A DNA stretch of 63,517 nucleotides, the filler included, from Saprolegnia diclina VS20 (Eukaryota): NCBI RefSeq assembly GCF_000281045.1. It is 7 parts of 3 records of this genome, joined end to end, with 100 filler letters (N's around TTAATTAATTAA, not from the genome) between each part and the next. Parts side by side here need not be neighbours in the genome. Positions count along the whole stretch, not along the records: positions 23,218 to 24,867 come from NW_008246148.1; positions 24,968 to 42,108 come from NW_008246148.1; 5 more parts are not named here. One strand, given 5' to 3'. Of this stretch, positions 24,292 to 35,456 are shown one piece after another (position 1 is the first letter of the stretch; each line of letters starts with the position of its first letter). Below the pieces are notes generated by a model. The model had not been told where the DNA came from and did no database searches. It worked only from the letters and a program-made list of their open reading frames with translations. The position numbers and the translations under genes are program-made.

Positions 24292-24587
24292 CAATCAAGA
24301 CAGTGGTATCTCACCCATGTGCAGGCTATCTGGCCACAACGTCGCTGGTCGTCTCCAAACACTTGGCTAAATTATGTGGTAGTTAATTCAAGTCAAAAGC
24401 GTGACAAAATCCGCCGGGCAGCGTCGCCTATGATCAAGACAGTGGGATCTCACCCATGTAGCAAGCTGTATCTGGCCACAACGTCGCTGATCGTCTCAAA
24501 TCACTTGGCTACAGTGTGTGGTAGTTAATTCAAGTCAAAAGCGTGACAAAATCCGCCAGGCAGGGTCGCCTATGATCAAGACAGTGG
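24292..24587. repeat. ~140-bp imperfect tandem repeat (2 units plus a partial)
   Basis: ATCAAGACAGTGG recurs near 24294, 24433 and 24575; GTGGTAGTTAATTCAAGTCAAAAGCGTGACAAAATCCGCC occurs twice. Confidence 0.85.
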
Positions 24588-25179
24588 TACATGCAAAAAA
24601 GAGCCGGTGGACAGGGCTCGCTGCGCTCGCAATCGATTAGTGAATGCTCGCTTCGCTCGCAATTAAATTTTGCAGTGGCATCCTCTACAGAACTCCGTTG
24701 GCTGACTACGAAATACGTGTAATATTGTACAACCAAAGACATTATTGACCAACGTACTAGATGTACGGGGCGAGATCCTCCGATTGCCGAGATGGCGCCA
24801 TGAATACCGGTGGTACTAAATCGTGTCCAGATAGCGTTGGACATGGAGACATGCGCTTTGGGCTCATNNNNNNNNNNNNNNNNNNNNNNNNNNNNNNNNN
24901 NNNNNNNNNNNTTAATTAATTAANNNNNNNNNNNNNNNNNNNNNNNNNNNNNNNNNNNNNNNNNNNNGCAGCCAATACGTCCGAAGCGTGTGCTTGGCTA
25001 AACACTGCGTTAATCGCACGCCATCGGCGGACTCGAACCGGCACTCGTTGTCCAAGCACTAAAGTCGGTGTTGCAATCGTATTCCGATACAAAACCTTCG
25101 CGCACGTCAAGTCATCTCCGTCTGCATGACAAATATGAACTAACGTACTATAGTATAATAGCAGTATATGGGCTGCTAA

Positions 25180-25259
25180 TGCATACTATCAATGGTCAAT
25201 AAACTGTATATTGACCCCTATCAATGGTCAATAAACTGTATATTGACCCTTGTGCATAC
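25180..25259. mobile_element. Second footprint-like element (31-bp core, duplicated with 32-bp period) flanked by 7-bp direct repeat TGCATAC
   Basis: TGCATAC tat CAATGGTCAATA AACTGTA TATTGACCC...TATTGACCCTTG TGCATAC; shares its terminus with 17717-17747. Confidence 0.65.
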
Positions 25260-25680
25260 AGTCCCTGATTGCGCTGGCAGCGACGGGCTTTCTCGTCGCC
25301 AGCCCGGCGGAGATCGTGGACGCGCCCCTCTATCAGCCCTTTCAGACGCAGTGCCCCTGGGCACACAGACTCTTTATCAAGGACGTACAGTCGTGTACTT
25401 GTCAGGACGTCGTCAAGGCAGCATGCTACGTACTCATCCTAGTCCTAGTACTAACGTCGCGCTAGCATCCGCGGGGTTGCCTCCGCCTTCTTCAGGGACG
25501 GAGTTTGAAAGAGGAGACGAGTGCGTGGAGGACCATGTGGGCGGGAAAGGCGTCGCCGATTGTTTGCTGAAAATGAAAATCAATTGCCAATCAAACGCGG
25601 CCAATCGCAACCGTAGAGGCAGCTCGTCCGGATACGGTGCCGGGTGCGATGCTGTGAGGAGGCAGAGTCGAACGGCGTCG

Positions 25681-26836
25681 ATGGTGGCCGAGATAACGAG
25701 CGTCGCCGTGCCGCTGCGGTGCGCTGACGATGGCATGCATCATGGCTCATGCGTCGTAGGCTTGTGATCAAGTTGCGCACGTACGATCTCTCGTGGAATG
25801 CGTCCTTGCCCGCCGAGTCGCTCCTCGACATGGCACGCGACCTCACCGAGCAGCAGATGACGCTCGATGGGCTCTTCAATGCGACCCAAGGCCGCGGTAC
25901 GGGCTCTGCCTATCCAATGGCTTGCTCATACTCGTTGTAGAGGTCGACTTGACGGCGCCGCTGGGACAGTCGGTGGCGCCCAACGACGTCGTCGAGGCCA
26001 AGAGCTTCCTCGACATGCCAGACGATTCGTACAGTACGCTGCCTTGGTTCGCCGCGACCACGTCCCAAGATGGTCTCTTCTACCAGCAGCTTTGCGCCAT
26101 GGCGATCGTCGGGAAGCGCGAGAACCGACGCGTCGCCAAAGAAATGCGTCAGCGCGCCAAGGACACGGACCAGCTCCTGTCGCTGATGGCGCTCTACTTC
26201 CAAACGTCGCCGGACCAGCCCAACGTGGCAGTCATCGAGGACCGACCGCGGGTCGTACGGGCGCGCCGGGCGTTGTCATCGTCGGCACCTGTCGCACCGC
26301 CGTCGCCAATCGTCGCGTCGATCGTCGCACGGTCCCCGCCGCGGTCGCCCGACGTTAGCGCGTTTACCGACTCGGATTCAGAGGACCCGCCGATGGCATC
26401 GCCGCCGCCTCGCGCGACGCCGCCTCCGCCCGTCAAGGTCACGACACCTGACGATATGTTTGACGTCGTCTTCACGCAAAAGGCCATTGGCCTCAAACTC
26501 ATGTACACATTCTCTACCATCTCCATCATGGCGCACGGATACGGCGTAGCATGGACGATACCAAGCGGTATGCGATCGTGCGCGAGTGCATGGCTGGCTC
26601 CGAGGCCAATCGATACCCTGACATTCGACCGGGCGTCGCCGTCGTGGCCGTCAACGGTACAACCTCACATGCACTTGGGCGCCATCCGACATGACGGCCT
26701 GCTTGTAGGGCAGAGCGTACACGGCATCGGACTCAACCGAACCCTCTCTCGGCTGCGAGAAGCGCCGCGGCCGGTGGTCGTCCGCTTTGGCCACGCCGCC
26801 AAGGCGAGCAGTGCGTCGTGGAGCGATGTCTTGTAA
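25681..26836 (+). CDS. Protein with Pro-rich linker and C-terminal PDZ-like domain; about 4 short introns
   Basis: FDVVFTQKAIGLKL / YAIVREC...IRPGVAVVAVN / GQSVHGIGLNRTLSRLREAPRPVVVRF, joined across GT-AG introns. Confidence 0.75.
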
Positions 26837-27188
26837 CTAGCGACCAATCAATATACATCAGCAGTGAACCGTCGTTGTCAGGCAAGCGCATCTTCAGGTG
26901 GTGAACGCGCATGCAACAACCCCAGCTCCGCGAGCGCTGCCACCTCCCATGCGGAGGAGGCGCGAACCCGCAAGGTGCCATTTGGTAAGGGTATAGGTGC
27001 AGCTCTTATACGCCATTGCCTTTGGCGGCCAACTGCACTCCAGAGCGTCGCCGGTCGTGGAGACTGCTGCAAGGGCGGGGTCGAGTCGTGCACAGGGGAT
27101 GGTGCGCTGGACGATGCTCTCATCGCTCGTAGGTCTCAGGTCGCAACACTTTCAAGTTGGGAACATCTATATGTAAAATTGGTTTGGG

Positions 27189-28382
27189 CTAGACCTTGCT
27201 CTGCGCCGTAACATCAAACGTGCCTTCGACCTGGCTCGTCGTCGTCGCTGGCACGTCGTCGACGGCCGAGGGAGCGTCCGGGGCGTCGGACCCGAGACGT
27301 TGGGACCCCGGTCCGCGGCGTCGGCGTCGCACGACCGCAATGACGGCGACGACACACACAACGGCTGCGACGCCGGCGGCCGCTGCGAGACCCGCGTTGT
27401 CCTGGACGAGGTGCTGCACCGTGACGTCAAAGCTGGCGACGCTCGCGACCTTGGCAGGCACCGAGTACTGCAGCGGCTGGTCGTCAAAGGCGCGCTTCTG
27501 CGCCGGCGTTTGGCACACGCCTTCGTTGGCTTCGGCGACCGCGAGGTAGTTGACGGGCACATTGTCGGACCCGACAAAGCTGCAGCTGCTCACGTGGTAA
27601 GGGTCGATCGCGTTCGTCGGGCTCTGAAAGACGCAGACCTGGAACGAGCCTTCGATCTGCAGCACACTGTTGAGGACGCAGCGCGCGCCCAGCGCAATGT
27701 GATAGCGCGAGTCGTTGCCATGCATCTCGATCGACGTGTAGTTCAAGTCAAAGGTGGAGCACACGCTCGGGAGGTTGTAGGCGGCAAATGCGCGGGCCAC
27801 CGACGCGCCCACGGGCTTGGGCAAAGCCACCTTGTTAATCGAGATCCACTCGACCGTAGTACCGTTGGCCGTGCTGTTGACGTCGTACAAAGCAGACGCC
27901 GGCACCGTCGTCGGGGCTGTCGTCGGCTGCACCGTCGCCGTCGGCAGCGTCGCGGGCAGGGTCGGTGCAACCGTTGCCACAGCTGTCGGCTTGATTGTTA
28001 CCAGGGCTTGGCGCGCGTCCACCTCGTCTTCGTCTTCACCATCGTCGTCGTCCTCATCGTCGTCGTCCTCGTCATTGTGCGAGTGCCGCCGGCGCGTCGT
28101 GGGCGCAGGTGTGGGCGGGACCGTCGTAGCCGCAACCGTAGGCGCTGTTGCATTGGCAACGGTGGCGTTGGCGGCAGCGACCGGCGGCGTCGTCGGTGCT
28201 TGCTCGTCAGTCATTTCTTCCGGGCACAAGTTAAAGTCGCAGTCGTAGTAGACATTGCGGTAGACGCGCGAGCCGTCGGCGCAGACCTTGTGGTCATGCT
28301 TGCAGCCCTTCTTGTGGCCGCTGGAAGACGCGTCCGAGAGCGCGAGGAAGGCCATCGCCGCGCATAGCACCGCTCGCTGCAT
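27189..28382 (-). CDS. Secreted or single-pass mucin-like surface protein
   Basis: Signal peptide, small Cys motif (CKHDHKVCADGSRVYRN..CDFNLCP), T/P/A stalk with acidic tract, Cys-containing domain, TM followed by RRRRR. Confidence 0.8.
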   Translation of the reverse strand: MQRAVLCAAMAFLALSDASSSGHKKGCKHDHKVCADGSRVYRNVYYDCDFNLCPEEMTDEQAPTTPPVAAANATVANATAPTVAATTVPPTPAPTTRRRHSHNDEDDDDEDDDDGEDEDEVDARQALVTIKPTAVATVAPTLPATLPTATVQPTTAPTTVPASALYDVNSTANGTTVEWISINKVALPKPVGASVARAFAAYNLPSVCSTFDLNYTSIEMHGNDSRYHIALGARCVLNSVLQIEGSFQVCVFQSPTNAIDPYHVSSCSFVGSDNVPVNYLAVAEANEGVCQTPAQKRAFDDQPLQYSVPAKVASVASFDVTVQHLVQDNAGLAAAAGVAAVVCVVAVIAVVRRRRRGPGSQRLGSDAPDAPSAVDDVPATTTSQVEGTFDVTAQSKV

Positions 28383-29370
28383 GCTTGTCGCTCCGAATCC
28401 GGTGACTTACGAAATAGAACGCGACAAGCTGGATCGGCGGAACGTCCGGATACAATACATCTGGATACGATACATCCGGATACACACACGCGAGGACGAT
28501 CGCGGTATCGACGCAAGGAGCTTGGGTGATCGAACCACCGACTACAGTACTAGTACGACCTGGTATTCCCGCAGTATGCGCTCCTGATGGAGAGTCCGAG
28601 CGTCCGATCATTCGGCTGCATGAGCCCACTGCTAAAACAGCGCGGGCGGTCGACCCGACAAACTTTGATGGGCATCAGGACCGAAACGACTTCACCAATG
28701 GCTGGCCGACGCAGAGGACGATGCTCGTGGCGGTCTTGCGGAGGTCTGCTGTACTATGCAATACCTGTATGCATACTAGTACCAACAACCAAAAAGGAGC
28801 CGTGTTGCAGGCTGTTGCAGGGAGGGTGTTGCAGGGGGCGAGCGGCGGCGTCGCTGGTCCGGACGTCGGTCCGCATCCCGCCAGACATGTGGCGTCGTTT
28901 TGATATAACTGCCAACATGGGAGCAGCCTGTGAAACGTCAAGCGAACTACCTACACTGCTGCACAACGGTACCTGGTATGGCTGGTTGCGCTCCTTACTA
29001 CAATGGGCCGTGCGGTAGCGCGCGTGCCAGCCCGACGATGGAGGCCGCCATAAACTCTCTCGACTGTAGTATGACGTTCAACGTACGAACCGGCACAGTG
29101 CCACGTCACTGGTTAAACCACGTCGTTGGGAAGTTGGACGTTCGCGCTGTCTATTACCTTGTGTACCAAGGCGCCCGGCACAGTGGCGCCGCACGGAAGC
29201 GTCCAGGACACTCAAGTACTTGTCGAGTTTCCGAATCGACTTGGCTTGCTGGACCCGGCCACACGAGCCGCCGCGTGCCAGGGTGTAGGTGCTCCTTGTT
29301 ATGTCATCTCCACCAGCGACAATTTCGTGCAATAATCACATACACAATATTGTCATTCGTCTCTTGTCTA

Positions 29371-30792
29371 TCAGTACTTGTAGTACGTGCGGTTGGTGTA
29401 CACATACGTCTGGAACTCGGGCTCGCAGAACGGAAACTTGATGGTCTGCGGCGTCGGCGAGAAGAGCGCCTTGCCCGTGTTGACGCTCACATAGATCGCG
29501 AGCGCCGACGTGACGACGATCGAAAGCACGGCAAAGCACTTCTCCGGCAGCCCCATCGTGTGCCGGAACGTGCGGAGGTAGAACGCGATTGGCAGAATCG
29601 TGCAGCAGAGCGACGTGGCCGACGCGCCAACGAAATCTAAGAGGTCGCTAAACTTGTCCTTGAAGACGATCGCAATGACGACGCAGAGGACAACCATGAG
29701 AATGCGGAGAACCGCGGCCTTGAGGTACGCACCCGGCGCCTTGTACGCCGCCGAGGGGTCGAGCACCTCGTCGTTGACTTCGTCGGCCACGTCAGCCACG
29801 GCCGCGTCGGTCTTGGCCTCGTCGGGTGTCTCAACGTCGACGTACGCCGGCGCATTGAGCGTGAAGCGTTCCTTGTGCAAACCGAGGATGAGGCGCTCGG
29901 CAATAAACATGGCCGGGAAGAGCACGAGCGCAAATGCGATCGAAATGTGCAGCTGCATAAAGAGAAACGAGAGGATGATGCCGCCGCGCGAGGCCGTGAA
30001 GCCGAGGCTGTCGCCAATGATGGCAAAGAGAAGGTTGCCAGGGATTTGGCAGCCCATGGTAAAGTCGCCGCAGATAGAGATAAGGAGGAAGAGCACGGTG
30101 ATGACCGAGATCGTCACGGTGATCACGCGCGGCATGCGCTCGGGCTGCGAGTGTTCACGCTGGAGCGACGGAATGATGACGCCGGCGCCGTACGCGAGCG
30201 AGAGGTTGCCAAAGACAGTCGTGACGCCTTCAAACGTAATGTGCGGGGACGGCGGCGAGATGCCCGACGGCATCGGCGTCGTGTTGTTGATCAGAATGTA
30301 GAGCGCAATCACATCTGCAAACACAGTGCCAAGGGCGCCGGCCGCCGCGGTGCCGGCACCGTCCTTGAGCGTCGGGATAAGGCAAACCGGGAGGAGCGAG
30401 AGACCCATGAGCGCGATCCACGTCGAGTCGTCGTACGAACCCGGAAACAACACCGTGAGCAAGGTCCCACCAAGCACCAAGAACACGATCGGGACCATCG
30501 TGCACACCAACATGTGCGTGATGACCGTGACCCAGCGACCCGTCTTGCCAAAGACCCACTCGCCCATGTCGCCAAGTGTCTGCACCTTCTTGGGCGCGAC
30601 GAGCATAACTTTCGAGATGCACACGAGCGCGTACAAGTTGATGGACGCCATAAAGGCAAGCGCGACGGTCGCCCAGACGTAGCCAGCTCGGGCGTAGTTG
30701 CCCGGCATACCAAGGGAGCCAATGCCAAAGGCGACGCAGAAGAGTGAGAAGCACGCCTTGAGATCTTCGAGCGTCAAGAACGGACTAGCCAT
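29371..30792 (-). CDS. AAAP (Aa_trans) amino-acid transporter, paralog 1
   Basis: FSLFCVAFGIGSLGMPGNY, LSLAYGAG..IPSLQREH..PERMP, ~11 TMs; ATG 30792 follows INR/FPR. Confidence 0.93.
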   Translation of the reverse strand: MASPFLTLEDLKACFSLFCVAFGIGSLGMPGNYARAGYVWATVALAFMASINLYALVCISKVMLVAPKKVQTLGDMGEWVFGKTGRWVTVITHMLVCTMVPIVFLVLGGTLLTVLFPGSYDDSTWIALMGLSLLPVCLIPTLKDGAGTAAAGALGTVFADVIALYILINNTTPMPSGISPPSPHITFEGVTTVFGNLSLAYGAGVIIPSLQREHSQPERMPRVITVTISVITVLFLLISICGDFTMGCQIPGNLLFAIIGDSLGFTASRGGIILSFLFMQLHISIAFALVLFPAMFIAERLILGLHKERFTLNAPAYVDVETPDEAKTDAAVADVADEVNDEVLDPSAAYKAPGAYLKAAVLRILMVVLCVVIAIVFKDKFSDLLDFVGASATSLCCTILPIAFYLRTFRHTMGLPEKCFAVLSIVVTSALAIYVSVNTGKALFSPTPQTIKFPFCEPEFQTYVYTNRTYYKY

Positions 30793-30804
30793 GGGGGACG
30801 TGGC

Positions 30805-30820
30805 AAAAGCGGAAATGAGC
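30805..30820 (-). promoter_or_regulatory. Oomycete INR+FPR core promoter
   Basis: GCTCATTTCCGCTTTT just upstream of the ATG; equivalents at ~33570-33585 and ~36883-36898. Confidence 0.75.
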
Positions 30821-32144
30821 CGTCGAACTGGTCGTATAATACTGCTTGCGCCATACCATACCCTGGGGCACGGAGTATTCGTGCGGATGACCCAGGTGCG
30901 GTAGCGTGCTTTGTATGGCGGTGAGGCGCTGGATGTCGAGTGACACTTTTCGTCTTTGGCCAATGGCGGTACGCCGCTTGAAACGTTGTAATGGTTATCC
31001 TGGCAGAAGGGAAAATGGTTGTGGCTCGCTGACCGACCGTTGATACCTCGCGTGAAGCAGCGTACGGCTGATCAGAACTTGGCGTCTGAGAAAATGCCTC
31101 GTCACACCACGACCATTTCATGGCAATGCACTCCAGCGATCGCACCGCCAGAGCGACGCAGATGTAGCAGCGCTTGTGCATAGTACCGGAGTGACCCAAG
31201 GAAGACGGGCGCGCCTGCCCTTGCAGAGGTGGCGACTGCGGTCAACCCACATGCGACAAGCGCACATGTGTTTTCGCGAGCGCCCGTCCCGCGGCGGCGA
31301 GTCTTTGCATTGAAATTCTGTTCCAATCCAGCGTTCCGATGTGCATTTGCGTGGTAGACGTGGTATTGGTATCGCTGCCTACGAAACACGATACCCTTGG
31401 CATCAACAAGCGCGGACGCGACCAGTGGGTCCTTTTAGGTGCATTGTGTTGCGCTGCCGTGAAGCAGGGCGCACGGTCACCACGAATGCAACGGCCAGTT
31501 CAGTGTAAATTATATCTAAATAGACTCACTTCAACAACAACGAATGCAACGGCTTCTACTGGTACCTATCGCACAAGATGAATCGATCCAGAGCACCATG
31601 CAGGTGCGGTACCGAGGTCCCATCGATGTACAACCCGAGCCCTCGTTGCTTCGAAAGAGAAGCAGGGTGCGCGACGGTCCATTCGTTTGTTCACTCCATA
31701 GTCCGCCCTCGAACTTGCGTGGCGTATGGTGGTGGTGTCGGCAGCTATTATCATGAGCTAATATAGTCTATATTCGCTATAGAAGTCTACGTGTAGCTTG
31801 TCCAATGCGCCTTGGCCGATGACACCAAGGTGCAGTACACGAAGCGCGGTTTTTGGCCCTTCGATTGGCTCCAGTTTGACCACTCGCGTTGCGTCAATCG
31901 ACCCCTTTAAAGTTCGATTTGTAAATTCAATAAAGTGCGCATTTTCTCCCAAGCTTTAGTCTTGAATGTTGTATGTGTATGTCGCAGCTATTCGGGCATG
32001 GCCGTACTTGACTGATTTCACGCAACCGTAAACAAGAAGCGCGGGAAATGACAGCCAAGGTTGACCAAGGTTGACACATTCACAACACAATTTATGATTC
32101 TAGTTACTACGCGACGCCAACAATTACGTTTCGCCGGTCGTCGT

Positions 32145-33551
32145 CTAATACTTGTAGTACGTCCGGTTGGTGTACACCATGTCCTGGAACTCGGGTTCGC
32201 AGAACGGAAACTTGATGCTCGAGTGCGACGGCGAGAAGAGCGCCTTGCCCGTGTGGATCGTCACGTAGATAGCGAGCGCCGACATGATCAAGATCGAGAA
32301 GATCGCAAAACCCTTCTCGAGCTTTGAGAGCGAGTGGAAGAACGTGCGGAGGTAAAACGTAATCGGCAAAATCGCGCAGCAAAGCGACGTGGCCGACGCG
32401 CCAACGAAATCCAAGAGGTCGCTGAACTTGTCCTTGAAGACGATCGCAATGATGACACAGAGAACGACCATGACGGTGCGGAGCGCCGCTGCCTTGAGGT
32501 ACGCACCCGGGGCCTTGTACGCGTCGGCGGGGTCGCGATGGGCGACGTCCTTCACAGGCGCGACGTCAGCATCGTCTTCCTTGGGCGCGGGCGTCTCTGC
32601 GTCCGCGTAGTTTTCCTCGTTGAGCGCAAACTGCTCCTTGTGGAGGCCGAGGAAGAGACGCTCGGCGATGAACATGGCCGGGAAGAGCACGAGCGCAAAT
32701 GCGATCGTAATGTGGAGCTGCATGAGGAGGAAGGCGAGAATGACACCGCCGCGCGACGCGGTGAAGCCGAGGCTGTCGCCGACGATCGCAAAGAGGAGGT
32801 TGCCGGGGATTTGGCAGCCCATGGTAAAGTCGCCGCAGATCGAGATGAGGAGGAAGAGGACGGCAGTGAGGCCGATCGTGCACTTGATCACGCGCGGCAT
32901 GCGCTCGGGCTGTGAATGCTCGAGCTGAAGCGACGGAATAATCGTGCCGCAGCCAAAGGCGAGCGAGAGGTTGCCAAAGACGGTCGTGACACCGCCAAAG
33001 CTGAGCGCGGGCGACGGCGGCGACATGCCCGACGGCATCGGCGTCGTGTTGTCGATCAGAATGTAGAGCGCAATCACATCCGCGAGGATTGTGCCGAGCG
33101 CACCGGCCGCCGCGGTGCCAGCACCGTCCTTGAGCGTCGGGATGAGGCACACCGGGAGAAGCGAGATGCCCATGAGCGCGATCCACGTCGAATCGGCGTA
33201 CGAGTCGGGGAACAAGACCGAGAGGAGGCCGCCACCGAGCACCAAGAACACGATCGGCACCATGACGCAGACGAGCATGTGGGCAATGACCGTGACCCAG
33301 CGACCAGTGCGGCCAAAGATCCACTCGCCAATGTCACCGAGCGTCTGGACGCCCTTGGGCGCGACGAGCATGACCTTGGACATGCACACCGAGGCGTACA
33401 TGTTGATGGCGGCCATGAAGACGAGCGCGATCGAGGCCCAGACGTAGCCGGCGCGGGCGTAGTTGCCCGGCATACCAAGCGAGCCGATGCCAAAGGCGAC
33501 GCAGAAGAGCGAGAAGCACGTCTTGAGATCTTCGATCGTGAGGAACGCCAT
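32145..33551 (-). CDS. AAAP amino-acid transporter, paralog 2
   Basis: MAFLTIEDLKTCFSLFCVAFGIGSLGMPGNY; intact, intronless. Confidence 0.93.
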   Translation of the reverse strand: MAFLTIEDLKTCFSLFCVAFGIGSLGMPGNYARAGYVWASIALVFMAAINMYASVCMSKVMLVAPKGVQTLGDIGEWIFGRTGRWVTVIAHMLVCVMVPIVFLVLGGGLLSVLFPDSYADSTWIALMGISLLPVCLIPTLKDGAGTAAAGALGTILADVIALYILIDNTTPMPSGMSPPSPALSFGGVTTVFGNLSLAFGCGTIIPSLQLEHSQPERMPRVIKCTIGLTAVLFLLISICGDFTMGCQIPGNLLFAIVGDSLGFTASRGGVILAFLLMQLHITIAFALVLFPAMFIAERLFLGLHKEQFALNEENYADAETPAPKEDDADVAPVKDVAHRDPADAYKAPGAYLKAAALRTVMVVLCVIIAIVFKDKFSDLLDFVGASATSLCCAILPITFYLRTFFHSLSKLEKGFAIFSILIMSALAIYVTIHTGKALFSPSHSSIKFPFCEPEFQDMVYTNRTYYKY

Positions 33552-35456
33552 GCTGTGCTCGAGGTGGCGAAATCGAAAGTGAGTGCATTCGTTTCGCGGG
33601 CCAAGCGGGCGGTTGAACTTGGAAAGCAACGGGTTTTGCGACAAGGGTCACAAGGCGACCGACGTAGAGGCCACCCAGGTGGAACGAGAGGGCTCGCTCT
33701 CGGCCATTGTATGGCCGCGCGCCTCGTGTCCGCTGTAATGGGTTGCCGATAGCTTCACCACGAGGTTAACCTTCTGCCACGTGGTGCGGCAGCGTGATGT
33801 CCCATTGGGTAGATGAGCTGCGACAACCGACGCTGGAGCGCCGGAGATGCGGCGTCCGAGCGAAACACCGATGACGTCCGCTGTGAATCTGATCAGTGAT
33901 GAACGGCAACGAAAGGTCTGAGATGAGAGACGAGCGGACTTCGTTTTCTACGGCCGCAACTACCAGTTTTGGCATCTCGACAATGCGCAAATCGCCAGAC
34001 AAGAAGGCGTGAGATAGTGTACACAAAGACGCGTGCACGCAATATATACAAGTGTACGACGTGTCGTCTAGGTGCTGGAACAAAGGGGCGAAGCGATGGG
34101 TGACGAGGACCGTACAATGTAAGAGATATCCAGCGCGGCGCATCCCAAGCTGGGTATTTTAATTTCTTCCACCTATCTTTCACCTTATAACAAGGTGCGA
34201 CCAGGAAGGAATAAACGAGGTGCTTCAAGAGGCACCAGAAAAGAATTCTCACAGCTACAAAGCGCGCATGGCACGCGTCCTGCAAGGTACTGTCGTGTTT
34301 TAGACGCAGCACCACCTAATGGTTGAAACTAACATTCTACGGTACTGGAACGTGCCTCGTCTATTTAAAAAATGTCGTACGAATCCAGAGATAAAATGAA
34401 GTCGTCGATCCCCTTCAGCACTTTGTCAGCCCCCCGTGGGTCGTCGCGTGTTCCAGAGCCAGGCGGGTAGTAAAAAGAGCGCGATTGGTAACCCGAATGA
34501 GCAAGCTCGAAGTAGGATTGCGCTATAGATTTGCATCCAGTGTGGGACCGTTCAAGAGAATCCGCCAGGAAGACGAACGAACGGTAGAGTCGCTCGGCGC
34601 TGTGCCTTCGAATGGGACGAAGCCACCCAAATGACGTGCTTGCGTCTTCGATGCACAAAAGCTCTCAAGCGTCGTAGTGCTTGGGCAACGAGCTACTCAC
34701 AGTCCTGTCTAACATCGCTGCGTGCGCTTTTATTCGGCGATAGTACTATCACAAATCCCGGGTAACTTCTTGTGCCTTTGTCGTTCTTACTGTTTTGAGG
34801 ATTCGGGAAATCCCACGGTGGCAAGCAGTGCGTGGCACTGCATGTGGAAAGAAAGTTATTTAGCTTATAGTATTCTTTTGTCTAGTTGTGTCCGTTGAGA
34901 TGACGTCTCGTATCTCCTATATGTACACTCAGGCAATGCAAGGCATATGCGTGTGGCCGTCCATTGCCATGTGACGGTTCAAGATACGTTATATTGTATC
35001 TTATTATGGAATACATATTTCGAGTGCACACGTGGCAGAGCGTTACACCAGCTGGCCTCGGTGCAGACCGATCCATGATCAACTCCTCCGTTTTCTGACC
35101 ACATTGGTACCACGATGGACAAGGTTGTCTTGCGTGCGTCTGATATCTGATAGGCAGGCAAAGCAAGTCGTCCTCGTCACACACCGACATCATGATCACG
35201 GCAAAGACCAAGCACGGAAGGGGTGATGGCGCCGGCACCGCGCTCGGATGAAAAAGCTACTACCGTCATGTATGATTATGGGCTTCTGCAGCGACAGATG
35301 CCAGGTCTGTGAGTACCCGTGCTAATATCGTTTTGTTCGTACCGGTATTGCATACCGGTATGCCGGTCTCTGCTCTGGGGAAGCGCGCAATGCGACTGCC
35401 AAGGACGCACGATTCCACACATTTTACATTTGATTACAAAGTTTTACACGTCAACT

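Noticed and set aside
24292..24587. Possible CRISPR-like repeats (also 25186-25249, 61381-61441)
   Set aside because: Only 2-3 units, no unique spacers, no cas genes, eukaryotic context.
30793..30963. Longer N-termini in the ORF track for AAAP1-3, B12D-1, FAAL A and ABCG
   Set aside because: They start at non-ATG codons or upstream of INR/FPR; paralog alignment supports the downstream ATGs.
33766..35300. Short intergenic ORFs here and at 7688-8400, 37400-38800, 53440-54650, 60950-61310
   Set aside because: Interrupted, no recognisable domain; may be TE or gene debris but cannot be supported.
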